Shown here: positions 9,841 to 19,710 of the stretch, one piece after another
Layout of the letters: the number at the start of each line of letters is the position of its first letter
Position numbering within the stretch: position 1 is the stretch's first letter
Origin: an uncultured Clostridia bacterium
GTDB taxonomy: Bacteria > Bacillota > Clostridia > TANB77 > CAG-508
Direction of reading: 5' to 3'
Assembly: GCA_944387495.1 (NCBI GenBank)
Contig: CALXFD010000003.1
Location: forward strand, 3,534-67,533
DNA length: 64,000 nucleotides
Translations under genes and position numbers: made by a program
The notes under the pieces: model-generated
The model's database searches: none
What the model was told of the DNA's origin: nothing
The model's input: the letters and a program-made list of their open reading frames with translations, nothing else

Positions 9841-10581
9841 ATGAAAATAATAGATTTTGTAAAAAATAGTATATCTTCAATTTGTGCAAAATACTTAAAT
9901 GATAAAGAGGAAATAGAGTATTTACCAATATTTTATATAGCAGGAAGCCAAACATTGCCACCACCATTATCCCCAGAAGAGGAAGAAGAATATATAAAAC
10001 AATTATCAAATGAAGATAATTTTGAAGCAAGACAAATATTAGTAGAAAGAAATTTAAGATTAGTTGTATATATAGCAAAAAAATTTGAAAATACAGGAAT
10101 AGGAATAGAAGATTTAATTTCAATAGGTACAATAGGACTAATGAAAGGAGTAAATACATTTAATACAGGAAAAAATATAAAACTTGCCACATATGCATCA
10201 AGATGTATAGAAAATGAAATATTAATGTTTTTAAGGAAAAATAATAAAATAAAAGGAGAAATTTCAATAGATGAACCATTAAATAAAGATGGAGATGGAA
10301 ATGAATTACTATTATCAGACATATTAGGAACTGAACCTGATGTAACATCAAGAAATATAGAAGATGAAGTAGATAAAACATTATTAAGAGCAGCAATTCT
10401 AAAATTAAATGATAGAGAAAAAGAAATAATGGAAATGAGATTTGGTTTTAGAAATGGCGGAAAAGAAAAAACGCAAAAAGAAGTGGCAGATGAACTTGGA
10501 ATATCACAAAGTTACATATCTAGATTAGAAAAGAAAATAATTAGTAAAATGAAAAAAGACATAGCTAGCAAAATAGGATAA
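9841..10581 (+). CDS. sigE: RNA polymerase sporulation sigma factor sigma-E (pro-sigma-E)
   Basis: Pro-sequence ..[13 protein letters not shown], sigma-70 regions 2 and 4 ([33 protein letters not shown]). Confidence 0.9.
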   Translation: MKIIDFVKNSISSICAKYLNDKEEIEYLPIFYIAGSQTLPPPLSPEEEEEYIKQLSNEDNFEARQILVERNLRLVVYIAKKFENTGIGIEDLISIGTIGLMKGVNTFNTGKNIKLATYASRCIENEILMFLRKNNKIKGEISIDEPLNKDGDGNELLLSDILGTEPDVTSRNIEDEVDKTLLRAAILKLNDREKEIMEMRFGFRNGGKEKTQKEVADELGISQSYISRLEKKIISKMKKDIASKIG

Positions 10582-10723
10582 AAATGAGAGCAAAATTAAG
10601 TTCATGTTTTATATTATAATAACAAACTAAAAAGCAATATTATGAGAAGATGCCAAATTAGACGAATAGAAAACTTTTTTTTGTAAATACTTATATTAAG
10701 TATTATAAAAGGAGGTTTTCTTT

Positions 10724-11497
10724 TTGCTAAACAAAGTAGAAATATGTGGTGTAAATACTTCTAAACTACCATTATTAAGCAAAGAAGAAAAAGAAGAATT
10801 ATTTGTAAAAATAAAACAAGGAGATAATGAAGCAAGAAATAAATTTATAAATGGAAATTTAAGACTAGTTTTAAGTGTAATACAAAGATTTTATGGTAGA
10901 GGTGAAAATGCAGATGATTTATTTCAAGTAGGATGTGTTGGCTTAATAAAAGCAATAGATAATTTTGACCTAAACCAAAATGTACAATTTAGCACATATG
11001 CAGTTCCAATGATAATAGGAGAAGTAAAAAGATATTTAAGAGATAATAATAGTATAAGAGTAAGTAGGTCTATACGTGATTTGGCATATAAAGTAATACA
11101 ATATAAAGAAAAATATGGTAAAGAAAATGGTAGAGAACCTAAGGTAGAAGAAATAGCCAAAGAATTAGGTGTAACAAAAGAAGAAATAGCATTTAGTTTA
11201 GATGCAATTCAAGACCCGGTATCACTACAAGACCCAGTATATAATGATGGTACAGAAAGTATCTTTATAATGGATCAAGTAAAAGATAGTAAAAATACAG
11301 ATGAAATGTGGGCAGAAAACATGACAATAAAAGGAGCATTAGAAAAACTAAATGATAAAGAAAAAATGATAGTAACCAAAAGATTTTTTGATGGAAGAAC
11401 ACAAATGGAAGTAGCAGAAGAAATAGGAATATCACAAGCACAAGTATCAAGGCTTGAAAAAAGTGCAATACAGCATATAAAGAGATGGTATAAATAA
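10724..11497 (+). CDS. sigG: RNA polymerase sporulation sigma factor sigma-G
   Basis: N-terminus NKVEICGVNTSKLPLLS typical of SigG, and region 4 QMEVAEEIGISQAQVSRLEK. TTG start after GGAGG. Confidence 0.9.
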   Translation: MLNKVEICGVNTSKLPLLSKEEKEELFVKIKQGDNEARNKFINGNLRLVLSVIQRFYGRGENADDLFQVGCVGLIKAIDNFDLNQNVQFSTYAVPMIIGEVKRYLRDNNSIRVSRSIRDLAYKVIQYKEKYGKENGREPKVEEIAKELGVTKEEIAFSLDAIQDPVSLQDPVYNDGTESIFIMDQVKDSKNTDEMWAENMTIKGALEKLNDKEKMIVTKRFFDGRTQMEVAEEIGISQAQVSRLEKSAIQHIKRWYK

Positions 11498-11651
11498 TAT
11501 AGCTGTAAATTGGAATTTATAAAAAATTAGAATGAGATTAAATCAAAAGAGTATAATTAAAATATTTTATAATATTTTTAAATTATATTCTTTTATTTTT
11601 TTTAACGAATATAATATAATAAAATCTATTAAACTGAAAGGGGAATATGTA

Positions 11652-11888
11652 ATGCAAGAAAAAGGCTTAGATTTTAGACATAAAGAAGTAGTAAATATAA
11701 ATGATGGAAAAAGACTAGGTTTTGTTCAAGATGTTTGTGCAGATTTAGAAACAGGAGCAATTACATATATAATAGTTCCTGGCGAAAAGAGTAAAATATT
11801 CAATATTTTTAAAACAAATAATGGAATTACTATTCCTTGGAAAAATATAAAATGTATAGGAGAAGATTTAATTTTAGTAGAGCTATAA
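11652..11888 (+). CDS. ymxH: YlmC/YmxH family sporulation protein (PRC-barrel)
   Basis: 78 aa beginning MQEKGLDFRHKEVVNINDGKRLGFV. ATG 11652 with RBS GAAAGGGGA. Follows sigG as in Bacillus. Confidence 0.7.
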   Translation: MQEKGLDFRHKEVVNINDGKRLGFVQDVCADLETGAITYIIVPGEKSKIFNIFKTNNGITIPWKNIKCIGEDLILVEL

Positions 11889-11967
11889 TTGACAAGTATA
11901 CATAAATTAATATATAATATGTTAGAAACATGTAGATATAAAGTTCTAATAAATAGGAGGACAAAGC

Positions 11968-12180
11968 ATGAAAAACAAAATTTTATCTATTAAAGAGAAA
12001 AAATATTTTGATGTTGAGCTTCAGGGAATGGAAAAAATACATTTGAATGTAGAAGTTAGTGATAATGGAGAAATACTTCCTTTGGATGAAATGGATATGC
12101 GAATAATAATTCAACTTCGGACAGTAGATAAAAAATTGTGGAAAAAGTTAGAAGAAGAGCTAAAAAAACTTGCATGTTAA
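11968..12180 (+). CDS. hypothetical small protein (70 aa)
   Basis: Strong RBS AGGAGGA, and an intrinsic terminator directly after the stop. Confidence 0.45.
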   Translation: MKNKILSIKEKKYFDVELQGMEKIHLNVEVSDNGEILPLDEMDMRIIIQLRTVDKKLWKKLEEELKKLAC

Positions 12181-12185
12181 TTTAG

Positions 12186-12212
12186 AAAAAATCCCTATTA
12201 GGGATTTTTTCA
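12186..12212 (+). terminator. rho-independent terminator (aaatccctaa / ttagggattt + T-run)
   Basis: Inverted repeat plus TTTTTT read directly. Confidence 0.6.
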
Positions 12213-12291
12213 TTATATAATTCTTGATTTTTTGGTAATTTTAAAGTATAATTTAATAACGAAAAAGAGAAAAAAGAAGGGAAGAATTTTA

Positions 12292-14046
12292 ATGAAAGCA
12301 ATAGAAATAAGAAATAAATATTTAAACTTTTTTAAAGAACATGGACATACAGTTATACCATCAGCATCATTAATACCAGAAAACGATCCATCAGTATTAT
12401 TTACAACAGCAGGAATGCAACCACTAGTTCCATACTTATTAGGAGAAAAACATCCAGATGGAAAAAGACTTACAGATTATCAAAAATGTGTAAGAACAAA
12501 TGATATTGATGAAGTAGGAGACAATAGACATTTAACTTTTTTCGAAATGTTAGGAAATTGGTCATTAGGAGATTATTTCAAAGAAGAATCAATACAAATG
12601 AGCTTTGAATTCCTAACAAAAGAATTAGGAATTCCAGTAGAAAAATTATCTGTAACATGTTTTGCAGGAGATGAAGATTGCCCAAGAGATGTTCTTTCAG
12701 CAGAGTGCTGGAAAAAAGCTGGAATTTTAGATGGACATATATATTTTTATGGAAAAGATGATAACTGGTGGATAGCAGGAGAAGAAGGACCTTGTGGACC
12801 AGATACAGAAATGTTTTATGATACAGGGAAACCAGCATGTGGTCCAGATTGTCAACCTAGCTGTGATTGTGGTAAATATGTTGAAATTTGGAACAATGTT
12901 TTTATGGAATATTTTAAAGATAAAAATGGTTATTCAAAATTAAAACAAAAGAATGTTGATACAGGATTAGGTCTAGAAAGAATGACAATGCTTTTACAAG
13001 GCAAAAAAACGCCATTTGATACAGAATTATTTGCACCAATTATGAACAAGCTAGAAGAGCTACAAAAAGAAGATATTATAGAAAGTAGAAGAATAATATC
13101 AGAACATTTACGTTCAAGTATGATGATAATATCAGATGGAGGAAGACCAAGTAATATAGATAGAGGATATGTTTTAAGAAGATTAATTCGTAGAATGATA
13201 AGACATATGAATAAATTACAAATAGACTTAAATGAACTATCAAATCTAATAGAACTAAATGTAGAAACATTAAAAGAAATGTATCCAGATTTAGAAAAAA
13301 ATAAAGAAACAATAAAATCAGTAATAAATGAAGAAAAAGACAAATTTGTAAAAACACTTGCACATGGAGAAAGAGAATTCCAAAAAGAAATGAAAAAAGT
13401 GCAAGAACAAGGTAAAACAGAAATTGATGGACAAGTAGTATTCAAATTATATGACACATATGGATTCCCACCAGAAGTAACAAAAGACTTAGCACAAGAA
13501 AACAATATGACAATAGATATGAAAAAATTTGATGAACTATTTAAAGCACATCAAGAAAAATCAAGAATGGGAAGCACACAAAAATTCAAAGGTGGATTAG
13601 CAGACCAAAATGAAAAAACAATAGCATATCATACAGCAACACATTTATTACACCAAGCATTAAAAACTGTATTAGGTGACCATGTAAAACAAAGTGGTTC
13701 AAATATAACAGAAGAAAGATTAAGATTTGACTTTACACATCCACAAAAAATGACAAAAGAAGAAATACAAGAAGTAGAAGATTTAGTAAATGAACAAATA
13801 AAAAGAGATTTACCAGTAACATGTGAAGAAATGAGCTATGAAGATGCAAAAAAATCAGGAGCAATTGGTTTATTTACAGATAAATATGGAGATAAAGTAA
13901 AAGTATATACAATAGGAGATTTTAGTAAAGAAATATGTGGAGGACCACATGTAACACACACAGGAGATATGGGAACATTTAAAATCAAAAAAGAAGAATC
14001 AAGCTCATCAGGTGTAAGAAGAATAAAAGCTGTTTTAATAAAATAG
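12292..14046 (+). CDS. alaS: alanine--tRNA ligase, short form (catalytic + tRNA-recognition + editing domains, no C-Ala domain)
   Basis: FTTAGMQP, RHLTFFEMLGNWSLGDYFK, GPCGPDTEMFYD, VDTGLGLERM. Editing-domain motifs HTATHLLH and CGGPHV. Protein ends right after GVRRIKAV. ATG 12292 after AAGAAGGGA. Confidence 0.75.
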   Translation: MKAIEIRNKYLNFFKEHGHTVIPSASLIPENDPSVLFTTAGMQPLVPYLLGEKHPDGKRLTDYQKCVRTNDIDEVGDNRHLTFFEMLGNWSLGDYFKEESIQMSFEFLTKELGIPVEKLSVTCFAGDEDCPRDVLSAECWKKAGILDGHIYFYGKDDNWWIAGEEGPCGPDTEMFYDTGKPACGPDCQPSCDCGKYVEIWNNVFMEYFKDKNGYSKLKQKNVDTGLGLERMTMLLQGKKTPFDTELFAPIMNKLEELQKEDIIESRRIISEHLRSSMMIISDGGRPSNIDRGYVLRRLIRRMIRHMNKLQIDLNELSNLIELNVETLKEMYPDLEKNKETIKSVINEEKDKFVKTLAHGEREFQKEMKKVQEQGKTEIDGQVVFKLYDTYGFPPEVTKDLAQENNMTIDMKKFDELFKAHQEKSRMGSTQKFKGGLADQNEKTIAYHTATHLLHQALKTVLGDHVKQSGSNITEERLRFDFTHPQKMTKEEIQEVEDLVNEQIKRDLPVTCEEMSYEDAKKSGAIGLFTDKYGDKVKVYTIGDFSKEICGGPHVTHTGDMGTFKIKKEESSSSGVRRIKAVLIK

Positions 14047-14122
14047 TTAATATAATTTTATGAACTTAATAAAAAGGCTTTGATATAAAATAATTGTTTA
14101 TAAAAAATGAGGAGGGAATAAT

Positions 14123-14467
14123 ATGGATGATTGTTTATTTTGTAAAATAGTAAAAGGAGATATACCATCAAACAAGGTATATGAAGATGATGAAATTTTA
14201 GCATTTTATGATATAAATCCAGCAACACCAATTCATATATTAGTAATACCTAAAAAACATATATCTTGCCATAATGATATAGCAAAAGAAGATGAAGCTT
14301 TAATCGGAAAAATGCATTCAGTAGCAAATAAAATAGCAGAAGAAAAAGGATTTAAAGAAAAAGGATATAGATTAATAATTAATTGTGGAGAAGATGGCGG
14401 ACAAGAAGTAATGCATTTACATATGCATATACTAGCAGGGAAAAGCCTAGGAGCAAAAATAGCATAG
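14123..14467 (+). CDS. HIT family (histidine triad) protein
   Basis: HxHxHxx motif HLHMHIL. 114 aa. Confidence 0.8.
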   Translation: MDDCLFCKIVKGDIPSNKVYEDDEILAFYDINPATPIHILVIPKKHISCHNDIAKEDEALIGKMHSVANKIAEEKGFKEKGYRLIINCGEDGGQEVMHLHMHILAGKSLGAKIA

Positions 14468-14482
14468 ATATATATAAATAAA

Positions 14483-14535
14483 AAATATCCCTATTATATT
14501 TTGGATTTACAAAAAAATATAATAGGGATATTTAT
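14483..14535. terminator. hairpin terminator (15-bp stem atatccctattatat / atataatagggatat)
   Basis: Perfect inverted repeat downstream of the HIT gene. Confidence 0.45.
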
Positions 14536-14607
14536 AGTATAAAATTATATGATGTATAGTAAATTTGTACATAATATAATAATGTGATAGTAATGGGATA
14601 AAAAGGG

Positions 14608-14648
14608 AAATAGCATATTTGAAAATTAGTTCAAATATGCTACTTTTA
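14608..14648 (-). terminator. terminator downstream of tRNA-Met (13-bp stem tagcatatttgaa / ttcaaatatgcta; T-run on the minus strand)
   Basis: Inverted repeat. The reverse complement is followed by ttccctttt. Confidence 0.5.
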
Positions 14649-14654
14649 AGTTTA

Positions 14655-14731
14655 TGGTAGCGAAGATGTGATTCGAACACATGACCCTTCGGGTATGAAC
14701 CGAATGCTCTAGCCAACTGAGCTACTTCGCC
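14655..14731 (-). tRNA. tRNA-Met (anticodon CAT; could alternatively be the lysidine-modified tRNA-Ile2)
   Basis: Reverse complement gives GGCGAAGTAGCTCAGTTGGCTAGAGCATTCGGTTCATACCCGAAGGGTCATGTGTTCGAATCACATCTTCGCTACCA. Cloverleaf folds by hand, with anticodon loop TTCATAC and a GTTCGAATC T-loop. Confidence 0.85.
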
Positions 14732-14785
14732 ATTTGTGATTGACAAATAATATTATAACTGCTTAAAAAGATTTTGTCAAGTAAA

Positions 14786-14822
14786 AAGTACAAGAAATTT
14801 TATTTTTCTTGTACTTTTTCTG
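14786..14822. terminator. bidirectional hairpin terminator (aaaagtacaagaaa / tttcttgtactttt)
   Basis: 14-bp perfect stem at the 3' end of the minus-strand ORF 14800..15141. Confidence 0.5.
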
Positions 14823-15141
14823 AATCATCAATATTAATTTCTTTATGAGCTTTATTAACAGTTCTATTTTGGCTTGGAACATATTGAGGAACATCAATTT
14901 GTCTTGTATTTTTAGTTCTAGAAGTTTTTTTAGAAACTTTTTTTGTTGGTGTTGGTTCAAGCATTTTTAATAATGAGTTAGCTCTATCACTTAAATTTTT
15001 CTCAACTTCTTTAAGTTCTGATGCAATATAAGAATCTTCTTTATTTTCTCCATTATTAAAAAAGTCTTTGAATGCATTGAAAATTCCAGACCAAAAACCT
15101 ACATTATTTATATTATTTTCTAATACTTTACTTGTTTTCAT
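14800..15141 (-). CDS. hypothetical protein (113 aa, Lys-rich C-terminus)
   Basis: ORF lying between the POR operon and tRNA-Met. No strong RBS and no recognisable motif. Confidence 0.35.
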   Translation of the reverse strand: MKTSKVLENNINNVGFWSGIFNAFKDFFNNGENKEDSYIASELKEVEKNLSDRANSLLKMLEPTPTKKVSKKTSRTKNTRQIDVPQYVPSQNRTVNKAHKEINIDDSEKVQEK

Positions 15142-15261
15142 AAATTCTTAGCCTTAGCTAAGTTTTCACCTCTTTTTTAAAAATTTAACTTCACAATAAA
15201 ATTATAGCACAAAATTAATGAATTGACAAGATATATGCTAAAAAAAAAATAGGGACTATAA

Positions 15262-16215
15262 TTAATCCCTATTTGTAACTTCCTCTAATTTTAATAATTC
15301 ATCCCATCTTTCATCAACAATTCTTTGGAATTCTTGAATCATCCACTCATTACCAGGTTTAAACATGTGTTTAAATCTCTTTTGAGGTCTTAAAAATTCT
15401 TCGATAGGTAATTTTTTAGCTGGTTTATAAGTAATATGGTAAACTCCATTTACAACTTCATATAAAGGCCAATAGCATGTATCTGCTGCTAATTTATTTA
15501 TTTTCATTAAATCTTCTGTTGGATAACCCCAACCTCTTGGGCATGGTGCCATTACATTTAAGAAACATGGACCTTCTGTATAAATAGCTTTTTCAGCTTT
15601 TTGATATAAGTCTGCAAAATTGTTCATTGCTAATGTTTGAGCAACATATGGTAAATGATGTCCTACCATAACTTTTGTTAAATCTTTTCTTTCTTGTGCT
15701 TTACCAGGGATTACAGTTCCAGCTGGTGAAGTTGTTGTATCTGCAAATTTTGGTGTAGCAGAAGAACGTTGAATACCAGTATTCATATATGCACCATTGT
15801 CATAACATACATAAACCATATCATGATGTCTTTCCATAGCACCAGATAATGATTGAAGTCCGATATCATATGTTCCACCATCTCCACCAAATGCGATGAA
15901 TTTAGTTTCTCCATCTTTTGGTAATTTACCTTGTTTTTTCATAGAAACATATGCAGCTTCTACACCTGAAATTGTAGCTCCTGTACATTCAAATGCAGTA
16001 TGGATGTAAGAATCAGTCCAAGATGTATAAGGATAAATAAATGAAGATACTTCTAAACATCCTGTTGCTACACCTACAACTGCATGGTCTTCTGGTTTTA
16101 AAGCTCTCATAATATGTCTTACAACTGGTGGAGCTCCACAACCTGCACACATTCTATGACCAGAAGTAAATCTTGCTGGTTTTGTTGAAACTACTTCTTT
16201 TAAATTATATGCCAT
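15262..16215 (-). CDS. porB: 2-oxoacid:ferredoxin oxidoreductase, beta subunit (TPP-binding)
   Basis: GCGAPP..GDGG TPP-binding pattern. Last gene of the gamma-delta-alpha-beta operon. Confidence 0.85.
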   Translation of the reverse strand: MAYNLKEVVSTKPARFTSGHRMCAGCGAPPVVRHIMRALKPEDHAVVGVATGCLEVSSFIYPYTSWTDSYIHTAFECTGATISGVEAAYVSMKKQGKLPKDGETKFIAFGGDGGTYDIGLQSLSGAMERHHDMVYVCYDNGAYMNTGIQRSSATPKFADTTTSPAGTVIPGKAQERKDLTKVMVGHHLPYVAQTLAMNNFADLYQKAEKAIYTEGPCFLNVMAPCPRGWGYPTEDLMKINKLAADTCYWPLYEVVNGVYHITYKPAKKLPIEEFLRPQKRFKHMFKPGNEWMIQEFQRIVDERWDELLKLEEVTNRD

Positions 16216-17408
16216 TATTTGTCACCTTCCCTTCTTAAACCTAAATATCTATAAGGATTTTCAACTTTTCCTGTTTTTACGATTTCTAATAAATCATTAT
16301 AAACTTTTTCAATATCATCAGACTTAGTATCTCTACCACCAATACCATAAACATAATTTACAGCAGGTACATTTTTGTTATTTACATACATAGCAGATGT
16401 AACATCTGCAAATAATGCACCACCAGCAGCATTTAGAGAATCTGCTTTATCTAAAATGGCGATAGCTTTTAAGTGTGATAAACTATTTGCAATTTCATCA
16501 ACTGGGAATGGTCTAAATACACGAACTTTTAATAATCCTGCTTTTATACCTTGATTTCTTAATTTGTCAACAACAAATTTAGTAGTACCAGCAGTTGAGT
16601 TCATACAAACTATTGCTATTTCAGCATCATCTAATTTATATTCTTCGAAAAGACCATATTTTCTACCAGTCATTTTTTCAAAATCTTTTGCAACATCTAA
16701 AATAACTTGTTTTGCATTTTTCATAGCTTCTGCTTGTGCAGCTTTATGTTCAAATAAATAGCTTTGTAAATCAAGTGGACCAACTGCAATTGGTTCTTTT
16801 TTATTTAATAAATAATGTTCTGGGTGATACTCACCAACAAATTCTTTAACTTTATCATCTTCAACTAATTCTATATTTTCAATAGAATGTGAAGTAATAA
16901 ATCCATCTTGACATACCATTAAAGGTAACATTACATCTTTATTTTCAGCTATTCTATGAGCCATTAAAGTATTATCATATGCTTCTTGGTTATTTTCTGA
17001 AAATAGCATAATCCAACCAGCATCTCTAACACCCATAGCATCTGAATGGTCATTGTGTATATTTAAAGGACCGGATACTGCTCTATTTACTAATGAAAGA
17101 ACAATAGGAAGTCTTAAACTTGAAGCAATATAAATCATTTCCCACATTAAAGATAAACCATTTGCAGAAGTTGCTGTCATAGCTCTTGCACCTGCTGCTT
17201 CTGCACCAATACAAGCACTCATAGCACTATGTTCACTTTCAACTGCAACAAATTCAGTATCTACTAAACCATTATCAACAAAAGTTGAAAAATATTGTGG
17301 TATTTCAGTAGATGGTGTAATAGGGAAAGCAGCTACAACATCTGGATTAATTTGTTTCATAGCAGTTGCTGTTGCTTCATTACCACTTAATCTTTCTCTA
17401 ATAGACAT
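16215..17408 (-). CDS. porA: 2-oxoacid:ferredoxin oxidoreductase, alpha subunit
   Basis: 397 aa with conserved pyrimidine-binding-domain motifs. Its stop overlaps the start of the beta subunit. Confidence 0.85.
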   Translation of the reverse strand: MSIRERLSGNEATATAMKQINPDVVAAFPITPSTEIPQYFSTFVDNGLVDTEFVAVESEHSAMSACIGAEAAGARAMTATSANGLSLMWEMIYIASSLRLPIVLSLVNRAVSGPLNIHNDHSDAMGVRDAGWIMLFSENNQEAYDNTLMAHRIAENKDVMLPLMVCQDGFITSHSIENIELVEDDKVKEFVGEYHPEHYLLNKKEPIAVGPLDLQSYLFEHKAAQAEAMKNAKQVILDVAKDFEKMTGRKYGLFEEYKLDDAEIAIVCMNSTAGTTKFVVDKLRNQGIKAGLLKVRVFRPFPVDEIANSLSHLKAIAILDKADSLNAAGGALFADVTSAMYVNNKNVPAVNYVYGIGGRDTKSDDIEKVYNDLLEIVKTGKVENPYRYLGLRREGDK

Positions 17409-17707
17409 TATTCAACACCTTCCTCTCTCATTTCAATAGCTCCGAAAGGACAAGTTTTTGCACAAACTCCACATCCTTTACAATAATCATAATTGAAATC
17501 TTTTCTTTTTTGAGTTTCATCAACAGGAATTGCATTATCAGGGCAAACAGGGAAACATAATCCACATTGTTTACACTTTTCTGAAAGAAAAACAGGATAA
17601 GAGCTTCTCCAATCACCAGTTTTAAATTCAACAGCATTTCCAGCAGTATAAATATCTCCACCAGGAGTTAATTTCTCCATTGGAGTATTAGAATTTATAT
17701 CTGTCAT
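17408..17707 (-). CDS. porD: 2-oxoacid:ferredoxin oxidoreductase, delta subunit (2x[4Fe-4S] ferredoxin)
   Basis: Two CxxCxxCxxxCP motifs (CKQCGLCFPVCP, CKGCGVCAKTCP). Confidence 0.8.
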   Translation of the reverse strand: MTDINSNTPMEKLTPGGDIYTAGNAVEFKTGDWRSSYPVFLSEKCKQCGLCFPVCPDNAIPVDETQKRKDFNYDYCKGCGVCAKTCPFGAIEMREEGVE

Positions 17708-17725
17708 TATTATAACCTCCTTTTA

Positions 17726-18307
17726 TTATTGAATTTTCTTAACTTGCTCCAATGCAAGTTCAAGAGCTTTCATATTTCCATCAATTACTTCTGGCTTTTT
17801 AGCAAATTTATGTTTAAAAGAACCTTCCATGTCATTTAATAAGTCTTCATCACTCATAATTCCACTAACTTTAACAATAGCTGCAAGCATAGGAGTATTT
17901 GGAAAATATCTTCCCAAAGCTTCTTCTGAAATCTTTCTTGCATCTATTGTATAGATTGAGCCAGAATAACCTTTTAATTCTTCTTTTAATTTTTCAGCAG
18001 ATTTTGTTGTATTAATAACAATAGCACCACTTGATTTTAAACCAGCTGTTACATCAACAGATTCAAGTAATGTGTCATCAACAACTACAACATAATCTGG
18101 TTCATAGATATTACTATGAATTGTTATAGGTGTTTTGCTTATTCTGTTATAAGCAGTAATAGGTGCACCCATTCTTTCAGGACCATATTCAGGAAATCCT
18201 TGAATATATTTACCTGTGTTAAATGCGGCATCAGCTAGTAATAAAGATGCAGTTTTAGCACCTTGACCACCTCTACCATGCCATCTAATTTCTATCATGT
18301 TATCCAT
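17726..18307 (-). CDS. porG: 2-oxoacid:ferredoxin oxidoreductase, gamma subunit
   Basis: WHGRGGQG N-terminal motif of POR/VOR gamma subunits. Confidence 0.8.
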   Translation of the reverse strand: MDNMIEIRWHGRGGQGAKTASLLLADAAFNTGKYIQGFPEYGPERMGAPITAYNRISKTPITIHSNIYEPDYVVVVDDTLLESVDVTAGLKSSGAIVINTTKSAEKLKEELKGYSGSIYTIDARKISEEALGRYFPNTPMLAAIVKVSGIMSDEDLLNDMEGSFKHKFAKKPEVIDGNMKALELALEQVKKIQ

Positions 18308-18405
18308 TAAAAATGCCTCCTTTTTATCAAATTTATTATGAGATAAGTATATGCCTAAAATGCAAATGTGTCAAGGAAAATTTGCTAATTAGAATAGGTG
18401 GTTGA

Positions 18406-18450
18406 AACATTGGGGACGTGTCAAATCGTCTCAAAAAATCCATTTTTACG
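18406..18450. repeat. degenerate solo copy of the GGGGACG repeat unit (attggggacgtgtc..ccatttttacg)
   Basis: An 11/11 match to attggggacgt and a similar tail, in the divergent promoter region between the POR operon and the response regulator. Confidence 0.4.
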
Positions 18451-18513
18451 TGCAGTCAGAAGAAAAAATTATTAAATACTTGTATAATTAAAATAATTGT
18501 GATATAAATATAT

Positions 18514-19284
18514 ATGAAAAATAAAGCTAAGAAGAAAGGCGGAGTTTTTGTGGACGAAGAATTTGATAGAACTCAAAAAACTATTTTAGTAGTAGATGAT
18601 GAAGAACCTATAAGAGATATTTTATCTCATAATTTATCAAAAGAAGGATATAGAATAATTGAAGCAGGGGATGGGATGACTGCTGTTGATATGGCATTAT
18701 CTGAACATCCAGATTTAGTGTTGCTTGATATTATGCTTCCAAGACTTGATGGTTTATCTGTATGTAAGAGAATAAAAAATTCTCTGAATGTACCTATTTT
18801 AATGCTTACAGCAAAAGATGGAGAAATTGATAAAATCTTAGGTTTAGAATTAGGAGCAGATGATTATATAACAAAACCATTTAGTATTAGAGAATTAATA
18901 GCAAGAGTAAAAGCAAATTTAAGAAAAGTAGAAGTTAATTCAATACCAAGAAATGAGAATAATGTAGCTAAAAAACAAGATAATAAAATTGTAGTAAATG
19001 ACTTAGAATTAGATTTAGATAAATTTGAAGTAAAAGTTAGAGGAGAAATCATAGATTTAACTGTTAGAGAATTTGAAGTTATAAAATTTTTAGCATCACA
19101 ACCAGGTCAAGTTGTTACAAGAGAAACTTTATTAGAAAAAGTTTGGGGCTATGAATATTATGGAGATATAAGAACTGTTGATGTAACAGTTAGAAGAATT
19201 AGAGAGAAAATAGAAAAAGATACTTCTGCACCAAAAATATTGATAACTAAAAGAGGAGTAGGGTATTATATAGCTTCAAAATAG
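18514..19284 (+). CDS. OmpR-family two-component response regulator (no cognate histidine kinase in the window)
   Basis: Receiver domain with acceptor Asp in LVLLDIMLP, and a C-terminal winged-helix (VTVRRIREKI..GVGY). About 25-aa N-terminal Lys-rich extension. Confidence 0.8.
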   Translation: MKNKAKKKGGVFVDEEFDRTQKTILVVDDEEPIRDILSHNLSKEGYRIIEAGDGMTAVDMALSEHPDLVLLDIMLPRLDGLSVCKRIKNSLNVPILMLTAKDGEIDKILGLELGADDYITKPFSIRELIARVKANLRKVEVNSIPRNENNVAKKQDNKIVVNDLELDLDKFEVKVRGEIIDLTVREFEVIKFLASQPGQVVTRETLLEKVWGYEYYGDIRTVDVTVRRIREKIEKDTSAPKILITKRGVGYYIASK

Positions 19285-19547
19285 AAAATTAGAATTTTAT
19301 AAAAAGTTATAAATAAATTCAAAATTATTTATAGCTTTTTTATTTTGCCTTATAGAAAATTTAAAATTTTGTACAAGTGAAAGTATTATATAAATAAAAT
19401 AATAAGATTTATCATATATATTTATAAAAAAATGAATATAAGCTAACAAGAACAAATAATAGTATAAAAAATAAAAACTAATACTGTTAATATGACGAAA
19501 AATGTCGAAAATTGCGATGAAAAAACCAAAAAAATAAGCCTAAATTG

Positions 19548-19576
19548 TTGACAATAAGAAGATAGGGTAATATACT
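19548..19576 (+). promoter_or_regulatory. putative sigma-A promoter (TTGACA -17- TATACT)
   Basis: Read directly, about 135 nt upstream of the 19711 ORF. Confidence 0.3.
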
Positions 19577-19710
19577 AAATAAAATTATATAATTTATTTC
19601 ATAGAAATTTCTAGTCATTATAACTTAAAAATTTTTTAAAGTTATATTCCCATAATTTTCAAAAAATAAAATAAGGAGGTTTATATTTAGTGCACTAAAA
19701 ATATATTATT

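Noticed and set aside
10655-10700. Forespore-type (sigma-F/G) promoter upstream of sigG (GAATA ..17-18.. TACTTATA)
   Set aside because: The match to the GHATR / CATxxTA consensus is too loose to call by eye. The T9 run in the spacer makes spacing ambiguous.
19504-19510. Exact Spo0A-box 7-mer TGTCGAA upstream of the truncated Rpn gene
   Set aside because: A single 7-mer; about 5 occurrences are expected by chance in 64 kb at this base composition. No second box or promoter context.
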